Part shown: one piece after another, positions 40,131-53,539 of the stretch
Layout: every line of letters starts with the position of its first letter
Numbering within the stretch: position 1 is the first letter of the stretch
NCBI RefSeq assembly: GCF_006345805.1
Contig: NC_043003.1
Location: forward strand, 38,874,001-38,938,000
Direction of reading: 5' to 3'
Length of the DNA stretch: 64,000 nt
Source: Octopus sinensis
Lineage: Eukaryota
Notes under the pieces: generated by a model
Databases searched by the model: none
What the model was told of the DNA's origin: nothing
Seen by the model: the letters and a program-made list of their open reading frames with translations, nothing else
Made by a program: the position numbers and the translations under genes

Positions 40131-40600
40131 AAGAAAACACACACATACACACATGTAAGCCATTCTGGGACACCGGCTCGAAGTGTGTAAGTCGACTCCT
40201 AACAGAATAAGACTACAAATTAGAATTAACATTTCAAGAAGTTTCTGTGCGTGAATTTGCTTTGAGTGCGTAAAGTGTTGCACAGTAATGAATCCTACCT
40301 TCAGGGCCAACAGCTAATGGCACAACAGAGGCTAAGACGACCAGAAATCATATGCACTTCAGGTTTTTTATACTAATTGACCTTCTTCTAGAAGGGAATT
40401 CTAACCCTTCACTTATATAGTTGTCAGGATGCTTGTTATCCCAAAACTGCAAGCCTTACTGGTATTACTGCTTCGAGTTAGCATAGACCTAGGAGCAAGT
40501 AGTAGCTAAGAGGTGGTTCCACACTCTTCAAGACCCTAGAACTCTTGGCCCCACTAACGAATGCAGTTTAAAGTCATATCCAGCACACACACACAAACAC

Positions 40601-40647
<47 letters not shown>

Positions 40648-40807
40648 TATATGTTATGAAATCCAAGTGAACTTAATATTCACAATATTATTTGACCCTC
40701 ACTATAGTCATATCATTAGCAAATGCTCTATTGTTATTTTTAAACTTGCTCTAAAATACCAATCTTATTTCAACATACACACTCACACGCACACCCACAC
40801 CCACGCA

Positions 40808-40849
<42 letters not shown>

Positions 40850-40850
40850 C

Positions 40851-40884
<34 letters not shown>

Positions 40885-41382
40885 CAGCTCTTCTCAAACA
40901 GTGTGCTGTAAAAGTATAATCCGCATTTTCCCCCAAAATTTAAAGGTCAAAATCCCTAGTGCGTATTATACACGAGGTTAAAAATGAAAGTTATTTTCTA
41001 TGCAATGTTCAAGTCTCTATTTGCTGTCCGGCAATGTTTATTCAGACGCATTTTGTGATGTCGGGCGCGAAAATACCTTAAATCATCCATAACTTGCAGT
41101 AAGCAACATTTATTGAACGTTATTACTGTTATTTCTTTATTTTCTGCAAACAAAATGCACAAAAATGCTACACGTCTCCATTATGTTATATATACAATAA
41201 TAATAAAGGACGTTACCGTATACAGTTTTACAAAGCAAGGACGTTATATAGACAGTGGCCCAGCAACAAAATTTGCTAAGGGAGTGCAAACCCAGGTCCT
41301 AATTTTTTAATGAAAAATGTGGATTTTTCCAATGTTAACATTAAAACAAATGCAGGTATAATAATAATTTTTATTATTATTA

Positions 41383-41880
41383 TGGGTCTGCTGAAATGTT
41401 CATAATCTGAGCAAGACACTCTCAATGGAATGTGACCAAATGAAGTTCATTTTCTAACATAGTTCCTCTTACTGTCCACATACTTCCATTAGTAGTTGCA
41501 GTGCTTGAGTCGCACTGGTGAAGAAGCTTTTCTGTTGATCAAAATGGTCATCAACAACAGATAAGATGTTCTCATCATAGTGATACTGGTGCTCATCTGA
41601 GTGTTTTTCTATGTTGGGAAATAGATGATAACCAGAAGGAACCAAATCACTAACATAGGTAGGATGATCAACCAGTTCAAAGCCAGTCACACACAGCAGG
41701 CATTGAAACCAAGGACTTGTGTGCTGAAGCACTGTCCTAATGAAACAAGACCCCATTCATAAGTTTTTGGGGTGTTTGGTCTTGATAGCCGTTCATAACT
41801 GCCTTAGGGAGTTGGTATTGAAATTTTCCATTGATGGTGTGATCATTTTGAAGATAGCCAATAAACACAATATTTTTTGC
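41383..41880 (-). pseudogene. Mariner transposase C-terminal fragment with probable 3' TIR
   Basis: HTINGK...KLMNGVLFH(QD)SAS...GFELVDHPTYVSDLVPSGYHLFPNIEK (decayed HPPYSPDLAPSD). Confidence 0.75.
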
Positions 41881-42205
41881 ATTAATGCATAGTATATATA
41901 ATAATGTGAAGTATATTTTGCATATTAAAATGTTCAATTTTGGAAATGTATCAAGGAGAGCTAAAATAAGTAGTAAAAATACAAATTGCAAATATTTCAA
42001 AGTGTGGGACACTACATGACAAATACTAACAAAAAAAAGGAAGAAAATAATGGTGCTTGTGTTCCAAAGGTACAATGAGAAGGCCCAGGAGAAGGATAGA
42101 GAGATGGGGTTGAGGGAAGGAAGCTAGAAGGAAAGAAAAGAATGAAAAGTGAAAAGATAAACTGGGGATCTGAAATGAGTACTAGGTAGGAAATTGGCCC
42201 CTGTG

Positions 42206-42385
42206 CCGTTGGCACGTAAAAACAGTACCCACTACATTATCAGAGTGGTTGGCGTTAGGAAGGGCATCCAGCTGTAGAAACACTGCCAGATCAGACTGAA
42301 GCCTGGTGCAGCCTCCTGGCTTCCCAGGCCCCAGTCGAACCATTCAACCTATTCCAACATGGAAAATGGACATTAAACAATGATG
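42206..42385 (+). mobile_element. SINE family F 3' part
   Basis: Matches 26604-26797. Confidence 0.7.
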
Positions 42386-42885
42386 TCTTACCTATGCACT
42401 GGTCAAGTAGAAAAACGATGAGTGATAAAAAATTGGATTGTCTTTTGGTATCAAAAGAGTGAAGAAAGAGAGTAGAGAAGGTTAGGGAAGAGCAAGTAGG
42501 AAGAAAGATAGAGTGCAGAGAAATAAGGGAATAAAGATAGACAGTAGGTAGTTGACACAGATGGACAGAGGAAGAAATGGAAGGCAGTAAAGAGCGAAAA
42601 GCAGCAGATAGGTAGAGAGGTAGATAGAGGGGGAGGAGAAGGACAGAGAAATAGATAGGAAAGAGAAACAGTCTTGCACCAGATATTGAACACTGTGTAG
42701 GTACCACTGAGTGGGAACAGAAGTGAGTGTGTGACATTAGATTGACTAACAGCCATAAAATGTTGCACAGAAAGTCAACACACACACATATATAAGCATG
42801 AAGGAAATTGTTGTATACAGTGCTCAGGTGCACTACAAATAAAAAGAAAAAAACGTCCATCCGGATGTAGTGTAGTTTCACCCAA

Positions 42886-43212
42886 CTTTCCAGGAAGTTA
42901 GGAAAATCTCAGAACTTTCCATGAAATCCTCAGAACTTTCCAGGAAGATTCCGACCAATTTTCCTGGAAGTCGAGAAATCCCCGGAACATCACATGAAAA
43001 CCTCGGAACTTTCGAGGATGTTTCCGACCAATTTTCCAGGAAATTGGGGACCCCCCGGACTTTTGCAGGAAATTTTCGGAACTTTCCACGAAACCATCGG
43101 AACTTTCCAGGAAGATGGGAAATCCCCGGAACTTCCCATGAAATCCTAGGAACTTTCCAGGAAACCTAGGAAATTTCCATGAAGTTTCCGACCAATTTTC
43201 CAGGAAGTTGGA
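42886..43212. repeat. Minisatellite: ~72 bp higher-order unit built from ~18 bp ggaactttcca-type monomers
   Basis: About four units; ttccgaccaattttcc(a/t)ggaa recurs at about 42948, 43022 and 43187. Confidence 0.85.
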
Positions 43213-43914
43213 GGAATTTTAGACGTGTAAGATGTGAGGGAAACAGGTCTGTAATTTTTAGCTTTGTAATCTATATAGGTTTTATTGTAGCTTCTTTCAA
43301 TTGTCTCGGGAATATGGCGGTATCAGAAGTACAGCCCCCTAAAAATCCCCTGCGGATTATACTCAAGGGCGGACTATACTCGAGGATTTACGGAATATAT
43401 AATTTGAAACCTTATAATATCCATACAACTGTTTGAACGTAGTGGCAAACATTAAACGTTGCAAGTAATAGTTTTCTCTAGCATTGTTTTTTAAACTTTT
43501 AACGTTAACAGTTCTTTAAACTTTCCATGCTGAAGTGTATCAGAAAGTAATAAAAACAAATGGTTAGAAATCGCTGGGTTAACTGAATTAATGCTCTAAA
43601 TACAACCTGAATGACACACTGCAATTTGTCTAAGTTCACAAAGGTACGTTCAAGGAGTCTAGAAGAAACCTATCAAGTAGGCACAACTGCCTATGATGGT
43701 TTGCAAAGGTTTTGTACCTTTCTCTCGTATCGGCCAATCTCAAACTATTCCTGCGCGTGTTTAACACGGCATTCTGCTTGCTTACTAGCCTTATTGAACA
43801 AGACGGTCCACATGGAAGTCTCTAGACGTCTGAAGACATCGGCCTTCCAGCTCCAGTCAGTGTATGGTCAGCTACCAGTCTCAAACATTTCTACTTCCGC
43901 TCTTTTGGTCAATC

Positions 43915-44098
43915 GTTAGCTCGCCGGGCCAAATGCTTAGCGGTATTTCGTCTGCTGCTACGTTCTGAGTTCAAATTCCGCCGAGATAGACTTTGCCTTT
44001 CATCCTTTCGGGGTCGATGTAATCGACTTAATCCGTCTGTCTGTCTTTGTTTCTCCTCTCTGTGTTTAGCCCCTTGTGGGTAGTAAAGAAATAGGTCT
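43915..44098 (+). mobile_element. SINE family B, partly deleted
   Basis: Family match. Confidence 0.8.
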
Positions 44099-44174
44099 TG
44101 CTCTCCAGTAATATCTCTCCAAACCATACCATCGTTAGCATACAACCGATCACACCACACAGTCCAAACGACCT

Positions 44175-44415
44175 TCTCCACCACCACCACCACCACCACC
44201 ACCACCGCCGGCCCGCCGCCGCCGCAACCGCCGCCGCCGCCACCCGCCGCCGCCACCCAGCCGCCGCCACCGCCGCCGCCACCGCCGCCGCCACCGCCGC
44301 CCCGCCGCCGCCGCCACGCCGCCGCCACCGCCGCCGCCGCCACCGCCACCGCCGCCGCACCGCCGCCACCGCCGCCGCCGCCGCAACCGCTGCCGACGCC
44401 ACTACAACCACCACC
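44175..44415. repeat. (CCA)n/(CCG)n GC-rich trinucleotide tract
   Basis: Read directly. Confidence 0.95.
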
Positions 44416-44899
44416 ATTTTCGCTACCACCCCAACTTTTACCCACTCCCTCAATTTTCACTACCACTCACATTTCTCCACCCCGCCCACTACTGTGGTAA
44501 TAATGATGTCACCTTCGATACCTACATTCCATAGTAGATGTCAACAGTTACATTACATTTACCTTCAAACCATCAAAACATTTCACAGATAACCATGCAT
44601 GCACGCAAAATGCTCCAACACGCACGCACATACAGACGCTCAGTAGACGCATCATACACAATACACATGTCACCATTCCTTAATACACAGCACACAAAGA
44701 CACGTAAACACATTCACTTATATAGCGCATACCCACCTTATATATATGATTCAGACAGGAGCTATTAAGTGTCCCTCAACATGCTAAAAATAACGGCGAA
44801 ATTTCTCTTAAATTTTATCTTAGGAAACGACTATGGCCATGTCAGGATACTGCGGTCATCACACTAGTCGCCATTGCGCCATCGCCTTCGCCAACAGCA

Positions 44900-44927
44900 C
44901 ACAGCAGCACCAAAACCACCACCACCA

Positions 44928-44959
<32 letters not shown>

Positions 44960-45400
44960 AGCAAATGCACCACCATTACCGATGTTGCCATCACCAGTAT
45001 TTTCTCCATCAGCTCTAGAACTGGCACCAACACCAGCACCACCATCATCATCAGCAGCAGCAGCACCACCACCACCACCACCGCCGCCACCAGCAAATAC
45101 GCCACCACCACCACCACCACCACCACACCACAAACACCACCGTTACCGCTGTTGCCATCACCAGCATTTTTACCACCAGCAACAGAACTGGCTCCTACAC
45201 CAACACCACCATCACCACCACTACCACCACCACCACCAACGTCGCCGCCGCTGCTGCCATCAGCATCAGCATCAGCAGCACTAGCAGCAGCAGCACCACC
45301 ACTATCACCACCACCACCACCACCACCACCACCACCAACACCAACACCACTACCACCACCACCGCCAATAACAACAACCACAACACCCACAACAATGCCT
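44900..45400. repeat. Degenerate (CCA/GCA/TCA)n region with a ~77 bp internal duplication
   Basis: 44970-45047 is similar to 45139-45215. Confidence 0.8.
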
Positions 45401-45639
45401 CAGCAACAGTTGTGGCAAAGTCAACAAATCAAAAAGAAAAAAACATATTTGTTTTAAGGCAGTCAACCGAATAATGAGTGACCGTCTTTTGGTTTTTTTT
45501 CCTTTCCGTACATGATAACTACAGCAATGACAACACAAAAGATAGGGTGAAGGATGAATGACAAAAAAGAAAAACAAAGAAATTAACTAATGACAACCGC
45601 CATTGTTATAATAGCATAAACCTGGTTAACTAATTCTAT

Positions 45640-46175
45640 ATCTAGGTACAAGGCCAACAGTTTTGAGGGGGCGGGGTCGCTGATACCATCAATGCTAATT
45701 AATTACTGGCGTTTTAAATTATCGATCCTGAAAGTATGAACGGCAAAGTCGACCTCTGCGGGTTTTGAACTCAGTACATAAACTGTCGGAAGTAATACTT
45801 TTCTCCTCTAGGCACAGAGGGTCAGTCGACTAGATCGACCCCAGTTTGCTACTGGTACTTAATTTAATCGACCCCGAAAGGATGAAAGGCAAAGTCGGCC
45901 TCGGCAGGATTTGAACTCAGAACGTAAAGACAGACGCAATACCTATTTCTTTACTACCCACAAGGGGCTAAACACAGAGAGGACAAACAAGAACAGACAA
46001 ACAGATTAAGTCGATTACATCGACCCCAGTGCGTAACTGGTACTTATTTAATTGACCCCGAAAGGATGAAAGGCAAAGTCGACCTCGGCAGGATTTGAAC
46101 TCAGAACATAAAGACAGACGAAATACCGCTAAGCATTTCGCCTTGCGTGCTAACGTTTCTGCCAGTTCGCCGCTT
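45640..46175 (-). mobile_element. SINE family B cluster including a dimeric copy
   Basis: Three repeats of gaaaggatgaaaggcaaagtcgacctc-like sequence. Confidence 0.8.
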
Positions 46176-46304
46176 TGAGCCGAAAGTAATACTGTAAGAC
46201 ATTTTGTCTTTCTTTTACCATTTACTTATTTAGCTCATTAGACTGCGGCCATGCTGGGGTACTACCTTGAAGGGTTTAGTGGAGCAAATTGATCCCAGTG
46301 AGTG

Positions 46305-46409
<105 letters not shown>

Positions 46410-46410
46410 C

Positions 46411-46497
<87 letters not shown>

Positions 46498-46939
46498 ATA
46501 TATGTATGTATATATATATGTATATGTAAAAAATACAAACTGGGACAAGAACGCAAAACATTTAGAAGATGATACAAAAAACACGGACGGAACATTCGAA
46601 GCCTTCAATCTTCAGTCAAGGACCGGATCATCCTCGCAATTTCGGCTGATTAATCTTGAGATTGCTCCGCCTTGGCCAGCCCCAAAGGAAAATCTAAGCC
46701 GAGCGCATTAGATTCCTTGGAAGAAAGCCTCGAATGTATACAAAACAAGGACGGGAAAATGGACGATGTTACACGAATAAGAATACAAAAATACGTAAAA
46801 ACAATAATGATAACACGAATAAGAATACGAAAATACGTAAAAACAATAATGATAATAATAATAACAAAAACAGGACGTCACAGACAGGCGTCTTTTTGAC
46901 AAGACGAGTGAACTTTGAGCTATATATATATATATATAT

Positions 46940-46989
<50 letters not shown>

Positions 46990-47086
46990 CACACACACAC
47001 ATATATATGCATATATATTATTAGTATTATATATTTGTGTGTATACATACATACATACATACATATATACATACATATATATATAG

Positions 47087-47414
47087 GTGAACCCCCTTTG
47101 GTCATGAATTACCATGGGATTGCACCTAGAAAGTTACTCTCCGAGGCACAAGTCTGAGCAAGATTGTATATGGAAGACCATCAATCGCCCATGTATACCA
47201 GCTTCCCCTCTTATCCATGGGAAAGACAAACGCCGATACTGCTTGGCACGAGTGATGTCGCAACTCATTTCTACAGCTGAGTGAACTGGAGCAATGTGAA
47301 ATAAAGTGTCTTGCTCAAGAACACCACATCGATTCCGGTCGGGAATCGATCTCGCAACTTCAGGATCGTAAGCTCAACGCCAACGCTCAAACCACCACTC
47401 CACCATGCGCCTTC
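47087..47414 (-). mobile_element. SINE family D
   Basis: Reverse-complement match to 19459-19793. Confidence 0.8.
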
Positions 47415-47446
47415 ACTATGTAAGCATGTATATATATATATATATA

Positions 47447-47484
<38 letters not shown>

Positions 47485-47792
47485 TAGCAGCCCTTCCTGT
47501 TTGTTTTCACTGTCCTGTTTGTGTTACCAATGTTGACCCTCCACAAAATCCTACCTTATAATTAATGTGATTTGCGGTAGCAACTCTTTTATCGAAAGCG
47601 TATATTGTTGTTAAATGCTCGAAATACGAGATTAGAAAACAGCCAACAACTGATGAGGGGTCGTTCTTTGTGTTGTTTGTCTTGTTTTCAATTTGTGTCT
47701 TTCGCTGTTCGAAAAAATAGTTCATATTCCACGTAGTCGTACTTCGTATTGTATTTTTTTGTTGTACACGTTTCATGACGTTCTGTACCCAC

Positions 47793-47841
<49 letters not shown>

Positions 47842-47991
47842 ACATATATATATATACGTACAGATGTAAGTATGCACATATGCATATATATATATATATT
47901 ATTTATATTATATTTATATAATATGTATTATATAATATATATATATTTATATATTATATATATATACATGTATATATATAATATATATATT

Positions 47992-48027
<36 letters not shown>

Positions 48028-48029
48028 TA

Positions 48030-48332
48030 GGTGGCATACTGTCGGTTACGGCGACGAGGGTTTCAGTTGATCCGATCAACAGAACAGTCTGCTCGTGAAA
48101 TTGACGTGCAAGTGGCTGAGCACTCGACAGACACGTGTACCCTTAACGTAGTTCGCGGGGAGATTCAGCATGGCACAGATGCAGGTAGAAAAATTGAGAA
48201 GAAGTTGTGGTGAAAGAGTCCAGCGGGGTTCGACACCATCCCCTTGCAGAGCCTCGTGTTTTTGCTCAATTAACATTCACAGCGTCCAGTCTTGGGATCG
48301 AAGCTGCGATCCTACGACCGCGAGTCCACTGC
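48030..48332 (-). mobile_element. SINE family E, internally deleted
   Basis: Match to 31294-31675. Confidence 0.75.
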
Positions 48333-48419
48333 CTCTCTCTCTCTCTTTCTCTCTCTGTATATTTATATATATATATAAAGCCTTATAACATATTCTATTC
48401 GTCATTTTTGCGGAATCAC

Positions 48420-48700
48420 TAGATTACAGAGATGTAAACAAACCAACAGCGGTGTAGAGGGGGTGGACAAATGCAAACACAAATACACACAAACACATAC
48501 ACACACACGTATGTCCGTATGGATGGGTGGGTGGATGCATTTATATATATATAACGAACTGCTTCTTTCCGTCTACCGAATCCACTGATAACACTCTGGT
48601 CGTCGAGAGGCTATAGTAGAAGACACATTGTCGAAGGTGTCTCGCAGTGAGACTGAACCCGGAACCATGTGATTGAGAAGTAAGCTTCTTACTACAGCGC
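48420..48700 (-). mobile_element. SINE family C, diverged
   Basis: Family match. Confidence 0.65.
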
Positions 48701-49379
48701 CTAACATTTATTCCGATACCCGAACGGTTATGCCAGTTCGCCGCCTTACTCTGCTTAATTAAACTTCTCTATTTTTGGCACAAGGCCAATGATTTTGGGG
48801 AGAGAGGAAGTCAATTACATCGATCCCCGTGCTCAATTGGTGCTTAATTTTGTCGATCCAAACGGTTGAACGGTAAAGTCTACCTCATTGGCATTTGAAC
48901 TCAGAACCCTGGTTAGTTTATGGTTTCTAATTAAGCATAAGGTCAACAATTTTTTCTCAAGGGTAGAAGGGTGGGTAATGAATTCCATCGACTCTAGTAC
49001 ATTATTTTATTGGCCTTGAAAGGACAAAATGCATAGTTGACTTCTGTTGTATTTGAACTCTGAATGTAAAGTAGAAATGGAGCAACCTTTCCGAGAAGCG
49101 GATCGCATGAGTCAATTAGCGAGCCGCACTATTGCAAAAATTCAAGGTAATTTTTTGTTAGACGTGCTATTCAGAAAATTCTGCGGACCGTGGGTTGCCC
49201 GTGGCAGATGTATCGAGTCGGAACAGCTTCCACAAGGCATTTATTCCTTTCCTCTAACAATTTTACCAGCTGCTTTAACACGATTAAATAATGACAACTG
49301 CATTTGTTAGTACCAACCTAGGTTATTGCAAGATATATTTGTCTTTTCCTAGGTTAACTAGACATGTGAAGGTACCTGG

Positions 49380-49740
49380 TTTAGTGGCTAAGTATTCGGT
49401 CCTCGATCGTAAGGTCGTGAGTTCGATTCTTGGCGGTTCGTTGTGTCCTTCAGCAAGACAGTTTATTTCTCGTTGCTCCAGTCCACTGAGCTGGCAAAAA
49501 TGAGTTGCACCTGTAATTCAAAGAGCCAGCCTTGTCACATTCAGTGTGTCACGCTGAATTTCCTTTAGAATTACGTTAAGGGTACGCGTGTCTGTGAGGT
49601 ACGCGTGTCTTTGCGGGGTACGCATGTCTATGGAGTACGCATGTCTGTGGAGTGCTCAACCATCTACACGTTAATATCACGATCAGGCTGTTTGGTTGTT
49701 TGTATGAATGGGAAACCTAGTCGTAATGGACGGAAACCCA
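49380..49740 (+). mobile_element. Mosaic SINE: family D-like head and body, family E-like tail
   Basis: D-like up to aatgagttgc, then acctgtaattcaaagagcc...gtcacgctgaat as in E. Includes four tandem ggtacgcgtgtctgtg-like units. Confidence 0.7.
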
Positions 49741-50260
49741 GGCCTATCTAAAGACGTATTTCAGTAGTTCTAAAGTTAAATATTCTAGTAATATTATCCC
49801 ACCCCCCATACACACGTACTCACACACATCTATGCGTAATAGTGTTACTCCAAGTAAACAAAGAGATACATGTATTTAATGACGTAAATTAACATGTTGA
49901 TTGTTTATTTACAGAGCATCTTAGAACTTGCTGTCTTTGATTTGAGTTAAAGGCGCACAGGCATATCAGATGCACTCCAATTACCGCAGCACATATTCAG
50001 TTTTTAGCGCGTTAAAGCATATAATATAGGTCCAAATTTAATTATTGGATCGGGACTGATTTTCTTCTAAACCATTTGGGAATAAGAAGAAAAAAAAGTG
50101 CGTCATATTTGACGTCAAATATAGTAAAAAACGTTAACAAGAACAACTGCAGCAATAACAATGGTGACAAAAGCTGCAGGAATGTCAACAGAAATTGTTA
50201 CACACAGCACCGAGACAAAGGGATACGGAGTGAATGAGAAAGAGACAATATGACAGATTG

Positions 50261-50304
<44 letters not shown>

Positions 50305-50504
50305 CATACATATATATATATATATATATAATACATATATATATATAATATATATATATATTATAATATATATATATATATATATACATATATATACATA
50401 TATATACATATATAGATATATGTATATATATATATTTATATATATAATACATATATATACTTATATATATATATATATAGATTTGTGGATTTTGTATGTA
50501 TGTA

Positions 50505-50572
<68 letters not shown>

Positions 50573-50741
50573 GTATGCATGTATGTATGTAGGTTGGTTG
50601 CTTTGTTTGTATATAATGCGTAATAATTACGGAAAGCTGTAAGCATGCAGTTCGGACCGTCAATAACACATGTCAATAGGTAGTGGGGAAAACACGCACG
50701 CAGGCATGCACACACACGCGGAGAGAAAAGGAGAGAGAGAA

Positions 50742-50776
<35 letters not shown>

Positions 50777-51266
50777 AAAAGAGAGAGAGAGAAAGAGAGG
50801 GGAGAGAGGGAGAGAGAATGAGAGCGAGAGTGATGCCGCCCAACAATGTCAGTTAAAACAGTGAAATATTTCACAACTGTCAAATATCCACAACTATAAC
50901 GCTAACATAATACAAAATGTCTTCTTTACAGCTACTGATGCGTCATACATCACTCATAACAACATTTTACGTCATACTCACCATTGGTATTCTTATTGCT
51001 CATTACATTGAATTGCTAATCATTTTGGCAACAACAGCACCAGCAACATCATTAACAAAAACAAAAGAAACCCAAAGAACAAAAGAACAGAGTGTGATTT
51101 TGATGCTCAGTCAAATGTTTTGGGAGAGGAATGCAGTCGTCATTCTCTCAACTCTCCACCCAGAACCTGACTAGGACTTTATTGTATCGAGCAAATCGAA
51201 TGAAAAGTAAGATTCGTTTCGTCGAAATTTTGTACGGCGAATTAACGGTTCTGCCAGCTCGCCGCC

Positions 51267-51315
<49 letters not shown>

Positions 51316-51329
51316 TAATAATGATAATA

Positions 51330-51642
51330 ATGTTTTTTATTAATCACTAAGGATTCGCAAAAAAAAAAATAAAGCATTGGGAACGGTACAGGACAATACA
51401 ACGTGGGGTTACATAAAAGGCGTGTAAAAAGTGAAAAACTGTAATAACATAAAATTATAACCATGAATAATTCACCAAATGAGGGAGACATCGTAGCGCT
51501 GCTCTTGGAAACCCCACAAAACTACGGTAACCCTGCCCGCTAGAGCACGTGTCCTCTCTACATTGTTCTCATTCAACCTACAGGCGCATGTTTAGAGTAG
51601 GTCCGTTCACACGGACCATTCTTGCAACATTCACCCACCTTT
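51330..51642 (-). mobile_element. L1/Tx1-like LINE extreme 3' end
   Basis: Minus strand reads KRWVNVARMVRVNGPTLNMRL*, homologous to the ORF2 end at 10858-10925, then a UTR and aataaaaaac followed by (ATT)n. Confidence 0.75.
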
Positions 51643-51662
51643 TGATGCTGCTGCTGATAATA

Positions 51663-51723
<61 letters not shown>

Positions 51724-52256
51724 GTGGCTCTCATGGCTTCTGATCTTAACTGATTGGAAGTGTTATCATGTACATTGTTTTGTCTTGGTATAAAAGATGG
51801 GCTACAGCAAATATTCTGCTCAATACCACAGATTTGCTTGTCAGTTGTTTGACCTTAACCAGTTGAGCATGTCCCTTCGTGGCTGACAATATGTGCATCT
51901 CTGATCACGAGCAGAAGTAGTGGGGGAGCATCATAGCCATGTGTTGAGAGGGATTCTTTGGGGTTTGAATAGTTCACCTCTGGAAACATGGGTGGTTCTT
52001 TCAACATCCTTAAACAACCCTTATTCAGGGACCGTTTGAGCGGGATGGGCTACTCAATCTGAAGAAAATTCTAACTGGGCCCCACCTGCAAGGTCATGTG
52101 CTGTTTATCTTGATATGAGATCACCATGTCGCGCACATATGGTTGTGATGCATGTGCCTGGTGTACCTTTATCAGACGGGTAGTCATGATGGGTATATTG
52201 GGCTTCGTATATTTTACCCCAGTGTCACTTTGATGGCATGCACTGCTCTCTCACTC
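51724..52256 (+). mobile_element. Family A element, copy 3
   Basis: Reverse complement of copy 2, with (TAA)n on both sides. Confidence 0.8.
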
Positions 52257-52259
52257 AAT

Positions 52260-52514
52260 AATAATAATAATAATCCTTTCTACTATAGGCACAAGGCTTG
52301 AAATTTGGGGGAGTGGGCTAGTCGATTACATCGACCCCAGTACTCAACTGGTACTTAACTTATCAACCTGAAAGGATGAAAGGCAAAGTCGACCTCGGCG
52401 GAATTTGAACTCAGAACGTAGTGGCAGACGAAATACCGCTAAGCATTTCACCCAACGCGCTAACGATTTTGCCAGCTCGCTGCCTTTACTGATAATAATA
52501 ATAATAATAATATA

Positions 52515-52558
<44 letters not shown>

Positions 52559-53410
52559 GTTTCAAAGTTTGGCACCAGGTCAGCAATTTCAGGAGAAGGG
52601 GTAAATCAATTACATCAACCCAAGCGTTTAACTGGTACTTATTTTATCGACCCCGAAAGGGTGAAAGCAAAGTCGACTTTGACGGAATTTGAATTCATAA
52701 CGTAAAGACGGACGAAATGCCGCTGTGCATTTTACCCGGTGTGTTAACGATTCTGTCAGCTTAACGCCTTGATTCGCAGTGGTTTTTAATTTTGGCACAA
52801 GACCAGCAATTTTAGGGGAAGGATAAGTAATCTACTTACGTCGACCCCAGTGCTCAACTAGTACTTTGCTTCATCGAGCCCGAAAGGGTGATTGGCAGAG
52901 TTCACCACGGTAGGATTTGAACTCAGAATGCAAAGAGTCAGAATTTTCGCTAAGCATTGTGTTCGACGTGCTAACACGTTGCCCCAGTTAATAATATTCG
53001 AGCTGGCAGAAACGTTAGCACGCCGGACAAAATGCTTAGCGGTATTTTGTCTGCCGCTGCGTTCTGAGTTCAAATTCTGCCGAGGTCGACTTTGCCTTTC
53101 ATCCTTTCGGGGTCGATAAATTAAGTACCAGTTACGCAGTGAGGTCGATATAATCGACTTAATCCGTTTGTCTGTCCTTGTTTGTCCCCTCTGTGTTTAG
53201 CCCCTTGTGGGTAGTAAAGAAATAGGTATTTTGTCTGCTGCTGCGTTCTGAGTTCAAATTCCGCCGAGGTCGACTTTGCCTTTCATCCTTTCGGGGTCGA
53301 TAAATTAAGTACCAGTTGCGTACTGGGGTCGATATAATCGACTGGCTCACCTCCCCAAAAATGTCAGGCCTTGTGCCTAGAGTAGAAAAGAATATTATAG
53401 CCATTTATTT
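52260..53410. mobile_element. Cluster of SINE family B copies (three minus-strand monomers; plus-strand dimer 53001-53398)
   Basis: Family matches. Confidence 0.8.
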
Positions 53411-53539
53411 CATTGGCACAAGGCATGCAATTTTTGGAAGTAAGTCGATCACATATGCTTCTGTATTTTATACTTTATTTTATGGAACACAGAAGGGTGC
53501 AAGGTAATATAAGCTTCGAAGAAATTTGGACCCCGAACG

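Noticed and set aside
46530-46720. CTGAAGA...GAAT motif (minus strand) in a probable Penelope-like fragment
   Set aside because: GAAA is replaced by GAAT and stems I and III do not pair convincingly.
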